A DNA stretch of 63,627 nt, filler included, from Choristocarpus tenellus KU-1152 (GCA_964200185.2; 9 parts of 9 records of this genome joined end to end with filler, not necessarily neighbours in it); one strand, 5' to 3'. Positions 1 to 13,100 are shown, counted from the first letter of the whole stretch. Program-made: numbers and translations. The notes: generated by a model from the sequence alone, not told the origin.

Positions 1-13
1 CTCCATACATATT

Positions 14-2660
14 TTACCGTAACTGTCCGATAGAGTTGGAAGAGTCTAATCGAACAGATAACTCATATACTCCTTTGAACACGTGTGGTAAATGCACGAT
101 TACCGTTGGGTAAATTGCGACAGATGGGTGCCAGTATTGGGGCAACGGATTTCTCCTGTTCCTCAAACTTGCCTCAAACTTGAAAATACGAGATAGAGTG
201 TCGGATATAACATTTAGCTTACTAGGCATGTATTTGGCAGTGAAATCCATAAGTTTGAAGTGCAATGACATAACGAATAAGGATCTTGCTGATATCCTGC
301 ATTCTATACAAGTGACAAATGCGTCATGATCTGTAACATAGGTAAAGAGCCTACCCCAGAGATACAGCCCCCAATGAGTGATGGCGGTAACGACTCCATA
401 ACACTCTCTAATGTATCTCAATAGTGACTTTCAGCTTCATTAAATTTCTTCCAGAAGTAAACAATGATATCCAGGTCATTAGGATATCGGATCGGAGCTG
501 TGCAAAAACTCCTCCAGCACCACTCTCATTTGTATCAACATAGACGAACTCTTTGACAAAAAGTCAGGAAAAACGAGAGAACCAGGGCTCTAGTGAGTAA
601 TTGTTTCACTTTAGAATGTGCCGTATCCTGGTCCAGTCCCCATTATTTACCATTGTTTTGTTGATGCCTTTCTTAGTAAGACGAACAAACGGTTCGACGA
701 TTGTGGCTAGGGCTGAGTATAATGTTTCGCACGAAATTAGCCATTTTAAAGACAGATCGAAGTCCTTTGATATTGGTTGGTTTAGGTAATTAAGTAATAG
801 AACGAATACGATCTTCACTGATACGAATCCCTCAGACAACAAAACTTGACCCAGGTAACGGACTTCCTTAGATCTAAACCGGATCTTTGACGGTTTCAAG
901 GTTAAACCTTCTTCTTGCAAAGAGCTTCGAACTGCTGCTCTATTAAATGCAAATGTCCTTCTTGTATGGGAAAACAAGCAATCAATTCTAGTGAAAGTAT
1001 CTTAGAGGGTACAAGTTATGCCCTGTTTGTCCGTTTGAAGCTTGGCCTCCCACAGGTTGTTTGTGGCACGTTTCCTAGTCCGAAGTGTTTCGGAGTAGGT
1101 AAAATATATTCACTATGAAAAGTGTGTCCGGAACAAGGATCTTGACACTTCCTAACAAACACAATACCCAGTATTACATCAAAATCGGAACATTGGAGTT
1201 TGGCCCCCAAACGGACGTGATTCTACCCTGGGTCAAAGTATCTGGGGGGGGGAGGGGGTGTCAGCGTCCGTTTTTCACCCTTTTTTTCGATTTTAACTTT
1301 TTTGGTGTGATTTGGTCGTACGTATCGGATTTGAAATGTCAGCAATAAAAAGAGTTGTTTGACCGAAACGGACGCCCCCTCGCAACCTCCCCACCCCCCA
1401 GATACTTTGACTCTTTATCCGTGTAAACAAGCAAACAACTAAACTGGGCTAAAGTTGGCAAAGACTTATAACATGATTCTTCGAAATTGCCAGGAAGCCT
1501 TTGATATCCTAAACGGCATCCTCTTGAAAATATCTTTGGCTCTAAAAGTGAGAAATGCAGTCTTATCAATATCAGCTTCAGCAACTGGAACTTTCCAATA
1601 TGTGCTCCGAATATCACAAACGGTGATAGATTTGACACCACCCACGGGATCATTATCAGACTCCATGCCAGGCATAGGCCAAGTCTGTCGAACAAGATAC
1701 TCGCTATCAAGTAAGAGGCAGTCTACACAGAAACGTGTAGAGCAACCAGACGTGGCTGTGATGGTACTAGTCAATCACTTCTTGAGTACGGAGGGTTACT
1801 CCATAGTTCTGCTGCATTCAACGAAAATACCAATCTATAACGAACACTCAGGTCTAAAAATTGAGACACTTGTGACTGGTTGAATGTGACATCTTTGAAT
1901 GCATTTGTCTTACTGAAAGTTTGATGTAACTCCTCTTTAGCTTCACTGAACGAGGCAGAATATTCTTTAGAGCACTAACAGTGAGAGGTGTCTGGTCAGA
2001 AATTGGGATCAAGTGGCCAATCACAGGATGTTTCTTGATACGAACCCTACGTGCGGTTGGGTTTGCCAATTGAACCACTACTGATCTACTATTTGCCGAC
2101 CAAAGTGCGGTGATTAAGAACAACCACGATACGATTCCATGTATGTGTGGATTCATTGTGTTGGTCTACACCAGGAATAGAATGTATGACCGACTCCACT
2201 ACAACAGCAGTATCAAGGGACGGGCTATCAGCAGCTGTGCAACATACGATGATTACATAACCACCTGGTGTGCTGTACTGTTTATGTAAAGGTACGGGTA
2301 CAGGGTCAAATTCATGTTGCATACTCACCACAGAGCATGAAGGAGTAGTGTTTTTGTCATGCACTTATTGTGTGGAGCGCCTTGTCATGTGATACCTTGC
2401 TGGAATGGTACACAAGCTGTTGTGGAACGAGAGACGTTGTTCTTGTCAATCAAGGATTGAGCTGGAGGCCTGCATGACACTATTATCAAGCAGTATTTTA
2501 TCGGGACCAAGTCGGGGAATCACTAAAGCTTCAACAGGAAAATGTGATGTCACCAAGTGTGGGTGCAAAACCAAAATCCACGTAGACGCAGAGGTGAACC
2601 AATAGTAGTACGTAGATTTACTACGCCAGGTGGATCAGGATGCACATCGAAACGTTTGAG
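14..2660 (-). mobile_element. Decayed Ty3/Gypsy LTR-retrotransposon pol (protease - linker - RT - RNase H), frameshifted and interrupted by a MITE
   Basis: Minus-strand fragments in Gypsy order. Protease tail HFPVEALVIPRLGPDKILLDNSVM (~2450-2560). RT: RFCVDC..L...TWPMP..., YWKVPVAEADIDKTAF...KRMPF (1466-1774), VYTD|ELI (YxDD remnant across the MITE) and GLTLKPSKIRFRSKEVRYLG (~850-910). RNase H: ECYGVVTAITHWGLYLWGRLFTYVTDHDA...NVISDTLSR (14-421). Confidence 0.88.
989..1413. mobile_element. Composite MITE: family A (989-1229) fused to family B (1230-1413)
   Basis: Left end tagtgaaagtatcttagagggta matches the family-A TIR. A family-B element gggtcaaagtatctggggg...cccccagatactttgactc replaces the right end of A. 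Flanks are TTC/TTT. Confidence 0.8.
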
Positions 2661-2710
2661 TTGAGGGTCATTGCGAACAAATACCTCTAACATACTGCGG
2701 AGTGCATGGT

Positions 2711-2766
2711 GAGCCAAAGTATCTTAGAGGGTAGAGCCGCGTCCATTTGGGGATCAAAATACAATG
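2711..2766. mobile_element. MITE family A end, cut by the contig gap
   Basis: gagccaaagtatcttagagggtagagccgcgtccatttgggg is the reverse complement of the right end of the copy at 26481-26740. Confidence 0.75.
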
Positions 2767-2866
2767 NNNNNNNNNNNNNNNNNNNNNNNNNNNNNNNNNN
2801 NNNNNNNNNNTTAATTAATTAANNNNNNNNNNNNNNNNNNNNNNNNNNNNNNNNNNNNNNNNNNNN
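2767..2866. other. Artificial contig linker N44-TTAATTAATTAA-N44 (also at 6141, 16012, 22897, 27101, 30118, 36857, 59037)
   Basis: The identical 100-bp spacer with a six-frame-stop 12-mer occurs eight times. Confidence 0.98.
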
Positions 2867-2966
2867 GGTTCAAAGGGTGGCTCTCCCGACCCAAAAAAAA
2901 CCCCAAAGGAAAAAATGGCCCCCCAACCGCCCCCCCCCCCCCCCCCCCCCCCAGAAACCTTCAGCC
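2867..2966. mobile_element. Degenerate MITE family B right end at contig start
   Basis: aaaaaatggcccccaa...(C)n-agaaaccttcagcc resembles aaaaaatgggccccaaatgg...(C)n-agataatttgagtc at 37820-37871. Confidence 0.5.
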
Positions 2967-3705
2967 GATCCGGGGTGAAAAATGTGGAGTTTGGTACGTA
3001 ATGATGGCAGAAGACTGAAACAGGTCGTGGTATAGATAAGATAGATAAAATAGATAAGACAGATAAGACAGATAAGTTGAGCGCTTGATGGAGGCTGACA
3101 CACTTGCAGGTCATCATTCAAAAGTGATTACATTCGCCTAAAAAGCATGTGACCCTTCCTGCTGAGCTTTGGGTTGGGAATGGGGTCCGGTCTTGGATAG
3201 CCTATGTCGTAGCAATGGACACGCTCAACTTACCTCAGTTCCTGGGTACAGACACACTGTAGGTATTGTTGATCCTGTTACCTCCGTTACCTTTCATTGG
3301 TGTCTCTTATCTGATTTGACATGCATGTCCCATGCAGTGATGTGTGAGTGTGAGTGGATGTTTCCGTATCCCTCCTTGGATAAAAAAGAGCAAAAATTAA
3401 TGCCGTTTGATGCTGGAGCTGATACATACATAAATATATAATATCTTTTTTTCTTAAGGCTTGAACACTGCTGAAGTCTTTTCCTGTTTTAGGGATGTTT
3501 TTAGTGGTGTGTGTGTCTTAACAGATGGTAAGATGGTTCATCTTTGTGAAATGAGATGTCAGAGGAATTACCGGCAATCAGAAGGAAATGTCAAAAAAAA
3601 AAAAAGGGTTTATATTTAGCTATCACTGTATTGAAATGGACGCCAGTGAGCACTGAAACCCATCTCATCGCTCTTCTCATAAAAAAATTAAAAGTCTTTT
3701 TTTGG

Positions 3706-5392
3706 TACCCATTTCAGTGAGATATCGCCATTGAGCTCGGTCAGTAATAAGGTACACCTGAAAACAATCTTTGCATGACAAACTTCCAGAGAAAATGAAA
3801 AAAAAATGTCTCAACATTGTTCTTTGCATGATAGGAGATGACATTCGACAAGCGTATCTAACCATTAAGTTGATCACCACCGTCTCTTGAGGACTCGCAA
3901 TCAACAGAGAACAATACTGAAAAAAAATGTTTTCTATATTCATCCTCATGTAAAATATATATATATATATATATACATACATACTTCAAAAGTAGATGTG
4001 TAAGATGACACGACCCTCACCATCCGTGAACCTAATTCGGAGTTAGAGGAGGAAGCTAACAAATTCAAGCTCTCGTTGTACTAATAAAATCATGTTGTAT
4101 CACACGTATCACACGGAACGTGTTGTCGCCTCTTTTTTTTTTATAGACATTGGATGCCAGATAAAATCTTGAGCTTTTGTATGTATCGTACTCTCTCCTC
4201 CCCCTTCCGATTTCTCAAAATTTCATCATCTCATCTCCCATCACCTCACAAAAAAAACTAAAAACTCCATTACATACACACAACACGACCTTTACCACAT
4301 AGAATTTTCTGTTCCACTTCTCTTCCTTACATACATTACGTGCACCATTTATGAATAATAATAATAATAATATATTTTTTTGTTTCTCTATTTCCCAATT
4401 GTGAAAAAATGTATATATTTCCAAAAAACATACAAGCTGAGTATCATTAACTTGTCTGACCACTCGTCGGACCGTTATTTATGTACGTACATAAATAAAT
4501 ATATATATATATATATTTATTTCCCATTAATGTCTGCCAACTGCTTTGAGTATTGTATCATTGTATCATTGCATCATTGCATCAAACTATAACGTATGCC
4601 AGTCAGTGATCTCTATGGCAATACCCCTCAGTTTGGTGAAATATCGCACTCTTCTCAAGTGGATATTATGCAAAAAAAAAAAATGGTAGATTTTTTTCCC
4701 CAATAACTAACAACTCCATACAAACGGGGGCGAAGTACACACAATAAATTTAAATAATTAAACAAACATCGCCTTCCCCCCTCAATAAGAATCCCCCGTC
4801 AGGTAGCTCCTCAACAACCACCACCGCTGCCATTGATCCTGCCTTAAGTGTTAAAGGAAACACCACGACTACGCCTGATACACAAGACATGACTCCACCC
4901 ACTTGAAGGACACTTCCCACGACGCCAAAACAAAACAGCTTATCATGTGCACTTCAAGTTGGGAGATAGCGTCCTTGTTACAGCCCCCTTCCCATGCACA
5001 CCCTGTGACTACACATGTAAAATCCACTACCAGGCGTGTTATCGGTGCTCTACACCTCACACCTCACATCTCACATCTCACCCCTCACCTCTCACACCTA
5101 CAGAAAGTGCATGCAGTAAAGGAAGTCGAACGCCTGACTCCAAACTGTAAAAAACTCTTCATATTTATCTCTTCGTACCGAGTGGACCAATCCGATCGCA
5201 TCCTTGTGAACGGTACGGTGTTTATCAGACCTAACCCTAACCCTAACTGAAGCATGGCAAACGACCACGATGAAATGTCCCCTACCACTTTTTTAATGCA
5301 CTAGTACTAAAAAAAAAACAAGTGCACTACTGCATTAAAAACAACCACTGTGCTACTACTACAGGCAATTCACACCGTTCTTCTCCCTTCAC

Positions 5393-5424
<32 letters not shown>

Positions 5425-6070
5425 TAATAATAAAATACTGTAAGGGCCACGGCAACAAACTCTGAAACAAAAAAAAAAATGAAACGCTGCCGATCCTAAG
5501 CCAACTGAAGCACACGTGAGCACTACCTTGCACAGAGCCCCCCTTGCCCTCCGCGCCCTCCCCCACACACAGAGACAGTTACGAGACAGTTTCGAGACAG
5601 TTTCGAGACAGTTACAAAGACGACTCTTGGACATCCCGCCCCGTACCCGCTACGGCACTGCGCCCCTCACACAATCAAAAACACTACAGGGGAAAAGAGA
5701 GCACTCTCCCCAAAGCATTACCTTCAAAGTATTTTATTATATGTTAGCTTCTATTTTCTTTTTCTTAACACTAACACTACACCATGCGCATGCTTGGACC
5801 TTCACAACTTCCCCGCCATTGCTCATCGAGAACCATTGTGAAACCTCCCTCCCCCCCCCCCCCACCCCCCTTCGGGCCACAAACCCCCTCCCCCATCCCC
5901 TTAACAACAACACCCCCTTCCGCCGACACATCCCAAACATCTACTACGTTACATCCGCTGGAAGGTCCGCCGCATCGTTCCTCCCGAACGCCTGATTGGT
6001 CAAGGCACACCCTCATAGTATCTTCTATCAACCGACCAATCACTGGCTTGAGTCGCTCTCCGGTCTTAGG
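3706..6070 (-). CDS. Candidate multi-exon gene fragment of unknown function (possibly OB-fold-like)
   Basis: A series of short AG...GT-bounded minus-strand segments translate as TGERLKPVIGRLIEDTMRVCLDQSG...CNVVD | VMLWGECSLFPCSVFDC | ...DAIGLVHSVRRDKYEEFFTVWSQ | SPQETVVINLM | VYLITDRAQWRYLTEM. The exon chain is not verified. Confidence 0.3.
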
Positions 6071-6249
6071 AGTTGTTGGGGGCAAGGGGCGTTGGCATGT
6101 GCAGTGAATTCCGTATGGAAGAACAATCAAACGGGGGGGGNNNNNNNNNNNNNNNNNNNNNNNNNNNNNNNNNNNNNNNNNNNNTTAATTAATTAANNNN
6201 NNNNNNNNNNNNNNNNNNNNNNNNNNNNNNNNNNNNNNNNCCCTCTCCT

Positions 6250-7290
6250 CTTACCCACTATCCCCCCAATCCCATACTTTACTTTTCACCAGGATCCTCG
6301 CTTCCCAATGGCTCGTGGCGACCTCAGGGACATGAAGTATTGGTATGAGCTAACACCAGAAAGCTTAGAAAAGGTTGGCTTCCGCCGTCAGAGGCAGTTT
6401 GGGTCTCTATGGAAGCTGTTGTCTGAGCTCCCAGATGAGCCTGGACTTGATTCTTGAATGCATGAGTGTAGCATACATGCATAATGATGGTGAACATCAT
6501 GCTTTGTCACAAGCTGCCTTTGGGGTCACTCCTCAAGCGTGTCTATGGGACAGGGGAGGGGAGATGGGGGGGTGAAAGTGGAGGCATTGGAAGCAGTGCT
6601 CATTAGTTCGTTTGAGCAAGTCGAATCCTCCCACTACTATGGTGAGATGTTCTTGGTGTGCCAATAGCATTTTGGTGGATATCAGCAGGGGTGGTATACC
6701 TTGTTAGGAGGAGAGTTTTATTGCTGTTCTCTACTCTGCTACTATAGCAGAGAGATTGGAGGAGGGGAAGTAGATTCCTCCTTCAATCCCCTGGCTCGTC
6801 CCCGTCCCATGGAGTGTTACTTGTTGCTGTCCCAATGGTTGAAAGCCTTGACTTGATGATGAGACCAACACGTATACTGAGTTGATAATTGGACCCTGGT
6901 CTACAAACTCTCATGAACTTTTATGTAGCCCTTCTTGTGCATCTGTGGTAATATTTTAGGTGCCGTGGATGGAGAATGCCTGCTGCCCTGTTTTCCTCCT
7001 GACTGGGGCAAACTCGAGTCATGTGCTTGCCTTTGACAACTTCTTGTTGGACCCAATATGCTCCATATCATTCTCATATCTGATGAAAAGATTGGCCGTT
7101 TGCAGTACCTCATGTGTAGGCTTATGGGGCTTGGAAATAGGGTTCAATCTGTTTTTGAAGCGCACCCTATCTTATCAGTGTGGGTGGTATGTAATAGACT
7201 TGGTACATAAAACAATGTGTTCAGTTGTTGATTGTTGCATTGGGGATTGGAGAACGTGGTGTAGTGTAGTAACACTTTGAAGTGTATGAT
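6250..7290 (-). mobile_element. Probable Penelope-like retroelement RT remnant (heavily degraded)
   Basis: Minus-strand KIGCASKT...PSPISLHM...PIF/FIRYENDM (resembles the PLE FRYVDDI motif), followed by a VYHP-like segment. Many stops and frameshifts. Confidence 0.3.
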
Positions 7291-7689
7291 TGTAGTCAGA
7301 ATTGAGCTAGAGCTAAAGAGTATAGTTGGAGTCGATGCCAACACTAAAATAACAATACTATTAAATGTTACATTTGCGAAGGGAAGTAAATATGAAATCG
7401 CGCACGACCAATTTTTTTCCATGTTTTTTCCGGATGCGCGATTATGAACACTTGAACGAGATTTGCGTGTCTATTACCATTACATCATTGCTATTCACAT
7501 GTGTCTAAGGAGTCCCAGACCCATGGCCGAAAAGGTATAGCCAGAAGTATTTGATAGTACATAATACACACTGCTTGATAAATACTATAGAAGGAAAAGA
7601 GGGGAAAAGACAGTGCAAGAATAAAGATGGGAGAAAGAAGTCAGTTTTGGGGAAGGAAGAGAACTCGCACATGAATGCACTAACACTCT

Positions 7690-8300
7690 AAAAAAATCGA
7701 TGGTCATATCAGGTCCATTGAGGGCGGATTTGAGTAGCTCAAACAACATTATATACTATGCCACTGTGCAAAAGATATTTCTTTATTTCCTTGATGGTTG
7801 GGAGATGGACGTCCCACACCATAAACTCCAATTGATCTAATCTTGGGAGAACCAAGGGCCATCCCTATCATGACTCAAACTTACAGTGAACAGCGGATAA
7901 TTTACGATTGGCAAATGAACCTGCCTGTCAAATGTCGGTGAATTAGTTTTGTGCAAGGAGGCCAAGACTACGAAACATAAAATTCCTAGTTATGAAGTTG
8001 GTGCCATGGTGTAGCTACATAGACCACATACCTCAGCAGACGCTCCTAAACTTAAGTTGTTGTCCCCATGGAGAGGACTTTATGAAATGTAAAGATAGAA
8101 GAACCCCAGTGTTGTTCAGCACAGAGGTACTGGCTGGCTGACGAGAATCACACTACACATGCAACATGTCTTGAACTCTGCAAGGAGGGTTATCATCCTG
8201 AACCCAACATTGACTCTCTCAATTCTATACTCTGGGCAGAGTAATACCTGGACCGGATTTGAGGTTCCTTGTCAGGAATCCTGGATTCCAGTGGAGGATC
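7690..8300 (+). mobile_element. Gypsy integrase C-terminal (GPY/F) remnant
   Basis: GRPTP*TPIDLILG and DAPKLKLLSPWRGLYEM (8038-8090) match the KL...W.GPY motif of Gypsy integrases. Confidence 0.55.
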
Positions 8301-8949
8301 TTTAGTGAAGATCTTATGTGATCTCTTCAAGAGACCAGTCCCACAAACGGACTCTATTCATTCAGAAATACCAATAGATATTTTATTTTTGGAGTCCCCT
8401 CCCCTCCTCTGTCTGCTGCGAATCTTTCTCCCTCCCTCCCTCTCTCTCTCTCTATCTCTCTCTCTCTCTCTCTCGTGACTCCTAAACTCTCCAATTTTTT
8501 CACTGTCCAACTTTAACTCGTTCTCTGGTTATGATTCGTCTTGGTTCGTCTGGTCCGTCTTGCCCAGTGGATATCTTTGCCGCCCTTGTCTGAGTGAACC
8601 TTGCCGATACAGAAAAACACAATTTACATTGGCGACACTGGTAAGATTCGAGCTCGCATATCCCAACCACACAACTTATCATTTTTTTAAGAGCCAAGAT
8701 AACTTGAAGGGGATCCTGATTATCAAATGCTCACTGACAATATCCAGGGATCTATACAGTTCCACTTTTTGCATTGTTAATCGATTTCTTTCTGTCGAGG
8801 TTGGTCTAACCAAATACTTCAATATATATATATATACAGCGGTGATAAGGACCATCAGATATGTTCACAGTCACTCTGTGATAGAATCAGTTGCAGAGGG
8901 AATTTCGACACTATGGTTGGGTTTTCCCAAAACATGAACAGAGACAAGA

Positions 8950-9800
8950 AAGTATTTACAGGACAGTTATGGTGGTAGTTTCATTTGATCTCAGGGTATG
9001 TGCTGGTCTACGATTGGACTTCTGTTTTTTTGACGGTGGGCTTGTGGTTGGTCGTCGTTTTGACTTGATGATATGGTCTTATTTCAGATTTTGATCGTAC
9101 AATTACTTCTGCACCTATTATTCCTCTTGAAGGTCAAGAATGATGGCAGGATGACCCTTCCGCTTCTGAGCGCCACCCTTTCTTGTTCTTCCGTTGAACT
9201 TTCTTCGTCCTCTGCAACTTTGACTGTTTTGATGACACTATCCCTTCCTGTAAGATGAACTTCTTACTTCCAGTGACCAGATTATGCATGGCTGCTCTTG
9301 GGTTTTTATCCTTTCTCCCTGTGAAAGAATGCGTACCTCTCAAGTAATGTCTTTTCAACTTCCAAAGCCACGAAACATATCGCAGTGTCATAATCAGATC
9401 GAAGCATCCTCCAAAATGGAAGGAGCAATTGATCGATTAAGGTGGCTGTGCTTTCAACCTCTGCCAAAGAACCTGACCCCCCGGTTTCACCTGTTCCTGA
9501 TGCTAACCCCATCCAGACAGTCACTGCTGCTGTTGAAACACAGGCTACTCTCGCACTCTCTTAGATAATAGATACAGTTCAACATCATCACTTTGTGGCA
9601 ACTGTCCTGCCCCTTAAAGAACTTGTTCGCCACTGCCTCCACCCTACCTACCCCCTTTGACCCGTGGTCAGACGGCAGTACACACTGCACTATTTCTTCT
9701 CAACGAATTCTCTGTTCCGTTACAACTAATTGCACTCCTACCCTGTGCTTGATTTTTTCTAGTGTGTAACTAGCCTCCCCTCACCTCCTGTCACTCTTTC
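8950..9800 (-). mobile_element. Possible decayed gag-like retroelement region
   Basis: Fragmented coding-like minus-strand ORFs (9134-9391, 9306-9524, 9487-9690) with no splice structure, next to a Gypsy integrase remnant. No diagnostic motif. Confidence 0.25.
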
Positions 9801-9935
9801 CATCCGCACTGAATCTTCGCCACCACTATCCAGATTTCTCCATGTATCCTTTCCTGTGGTTTACGGAAGATAGTAAGGTACACTTACTATTTCGTTAGCA
9901 ACCCAAGTCAAATTCCCCATGACGAAAATCTGATC

Positions 9936-10013
9936 TCTACTATCAGGACTCGAACCTGGACATTCTCCACACAGAATGAAACCAGACAAGATTGTACCAA
10001 TTTTTCTCGTAGC
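9936..10013 (-). pseudogene. tRNA-like sequence (tRNA pseudogene or SINE head)
   Basis: B-box GGTTCGAGTCC lies in a CAGG/CCTG T-stem. The ends GCTACGA...TAGTAGA pair at 5 of 7 positions over ~78 nt. D and anticodon arms are poor. Confidence 0.3.
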
Positions 10014-10121
10014 TCCCCTGGAGGTGCAAGTTTGTGCAAAGTTCATGAACGCTAACCTTGCAATTAGTCAACACCCTTTCAGTGTGTTTGTGTATTCCTG
10101 TGTGAGCTGTGGAGTGGGAAA

Positions 10122-13100
10122 ATGGCTGGACCAGCGACCTGCCCACCAGGCAAAGGGCGCCTTGCCTTAGTGTTCCTGGCCGTTTTGTTCTTGTCGATCA
10201 GCTCTGCCGTGGCATTTCTTCCATTCCGCGCCCCTATCGTCCCCTCATCCTCACTGAGGGCGCGTACTACTAGTCCAACACATTTCTGTAGTGGAGTTGC
10301 TGGCCACAAAGGGGTACGATGTGGAGGAATCAAGATGGAAGTGTCATCTACCGCGCTGCGACTACAAGCGGCGGAACTAGGGTCTCGACTCAAGGTGTGT
10401 TCAACACCAACAAATATGTCTCCCATAGTCTTATGTGAATGCAACATTATGTTTAGTAAGCCAGACATTTGCAAGGTACTTGCTTTTGATCACGGGACCT
10501 GGGTGTAAAGAATTAGATGTATTACTCAGTCGAAGCCTAAGGTTACCCTTATCTGTGGTTCTCATTGCGTGAGAATCTAGCGGTGGTGATGGGTTGTTAC
10601 CACACTTCAACTTATCAACCAGATCACCATACGAGCAGGATCTTCCCTCTAGGGATATATTTTGGGCTTGAGACAGTGACTAGCAACTTCCAAAGAAATG
10701 CACACCTATTCCATGGGCTCAATTTGCTTGCACCGTTCTGACGCTGCTTCTCTATCCTCTGTAAGGGATCAAACATCTATTTGGTTGGGATGATGGGGGT
10801 GGGGAAGTCGACTGTGGCATGCACTCTCGCGAAGGTTTTGGTCCGCTACGTACCCCTGGACACAGACAGTGCAGTCGAGAATCTCCTGGGTGCCAGCGTG
10901 TCGGAGATTTTCGAGGATGAGGGGGAGGAGGTATTCCGAAACGTGGAGAGCCAGGTTCTAGACGAGGTGACAATGTATTTATGACTTTCAATTTGAAATG
11001 TAGCAGGGGGTGTTGGTTTACAGATGCAAATTGCGCACAGCAAGATGATACTCCCCCTCTCTATCCAATGACGATTTGCTCGAATGATGTATTTTTCCTT
11101 CATCCTCACCAAAACGCGTTGATGTATTGTGAGAACGCGTGTGTCAAAATATTTACAACGTGCAACAGAAAAAAATCAGCTTCCTTACCCCCCCCCCCCT
11201 CCCCTTGTTTGTACCTGTCTTGTGCTGCATTAAAAAAAAATTCAGATGCATTCCTTTGTAAAGATGGTCATTGCCACAGGGGGGGGCATCGTGAAGAGGA
11301 GTTCCAACTGGGGCAAGATGCACACTGGAATCGTGGTGTGGCTTGACATGGATGTAGGTGTTGTCATGTCTATGTCACCTCGTGCATCAACTACTAATGT
11401 GAAATGCTATCTTGTGCACCGTTTGAGACAAGAAACACACAGTTACGACTCTAGCAGTTTTCTTATGTGCCCGTGTTCCTTTGCTTGATCACTATGTGCC
11501 ACGTCTCTGCCCCCTCACCCTTTCAGCCAGAAGGTTTAATGACCAGGATGATGAAAGGCCAGGGGGAGATTAACAAAAGACCCCTGCTGGGTGGGAAGGA
11601 TGCCAAGCTACGACTGACAGAGATATTGGAGGAGAGGAGGCCTATGTATGAGCAGGTGCGGTTGATCCATTGTCTCGAGAAAGGTTAAGATATATACTTG
11701 TGTGAAACGCCCTCCTTTTGCTCACCATTGCTATCAGGGACACTTCTTGTAGTTGGTGCCATCTTTGTTCAGTAGAGCACAACTATTAGCCCGTGGTCTG
11801 GCACTGTTATTCTGGTGAAGGGGGAAAGGGGGAAGTGCTGTTAGTGGCCTGTAGGCTTTGAAGTGATCGGGGTAGTCACCGTTCCTGGTACTCTTTTGCA
11901 AGTAGTATTACATCCACTTTCCCATTTTCACGTTTTTGGTGTAGGTCCTTGATGCAAAGGAAAGAATGCCCTTGTTGCATTATAGATGGTTGAGTTTTGT
12001 AGTTAGTCTTTTATTTTTTTGCTTGGGGTAATCTGTTCACCTGTGTTACGTGTTGGCTAAGGGGTTTTAGGGACATGGTTGCTGATGTTGTGTTGTGTGT
12101 TCTGAGATGAAGTTTGAGACCCTCTTGCAGTACTCCCTCTTCCTCTTTCTAGAGGGGCACCCACTCCATGCAAAATAGTGCGTTGTTGCAAAGGTTTCTG
12201 TTATGTAAGTCCAAACACACAACCATGGGATGATGATATCAAGTACTCTGGGGTGTGTCTTATATTCTCATCGATCATTAAGATGGTTTCTGACGGGAAT
12301 ACTGTTTGACCACAACAGCGAACGCTCAAGTGTGGTCAGTGTAGTGTATTGGGCAAAATCGTATTGAAATCTTCCTGATTGTATTGTAGCTTGTGGATGG
12401 TATTATACCTTTAGGTGTGGGACACATCAAGTGGTTTGCTTGGAGTTTACTTGGGAACCTTCTTTTCCCTCACTGTAGTCAAGCGCTTCTGTGTGGTGTG
12501 TGTGTGTGTGTGCTAGTATTCCCTTTGTTCTGTTTTGCTTAAATAAAAAAAACTGAAAGTGTGAAAGAATTTGACTTTCCTGTGTCTACTTCAGTGTTAG
12601 GGAAGTAAACACAGAAATGGTATCAGTTGTATGATATGGCCTTGGATTATACCATCATACCAACCCATTGACCTATCTGTCTATCAGTACGCGGTCGACA
12701 GCAATCTCTGATTTGTTGTCAAAATCAGCAGATTGCTGGCAAATTGGTTACATGTACTTGCCTGTTAAGGATGCTGACTGGTATGTAGTACCAGTGCATG
12801 GGTTGCCGCCCAGCAATATGGGTTAATTAGATCGAGGGATTGTCCACTCAAGTGTAAGCAATGATAGAACTTGACAACCTAAACAAAAGAACAATATTTT
12901 GATGGGTGTAGTGTGCCGATGGCGACATTAAAACATTTCCCTTTTGTTCTCAGTATCAACCCTTGAACTGCAGATCAAGCGGTACTTTTTGCAGTTAGAA
13001 TATGACTCTATACGAGTATGTTTGAAGCTCTGTTGCAGTCTCAGTCTCAACCAATAATTTCCAGACGCTGTTGAAAGTGAGGTAGAAATTCTTACTATGT

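Noticed and set aside
915-1348. Similar small ORFs recurring at several loci (e.g. ILPTPKHFG, ESILEGTSFALFV at 915, 1016, 57760, 57852)
   Set aside because: They are chance translations of MITE family A copies; the frames are not conserved between copies.
2811-2822. Regularly recurring palindrome TTAATTAATTAA (PacI-like)
   Set aside because: It is always centred in exactly 44+44 Ns, so it is an assembly or concatenation linker rather than biology.
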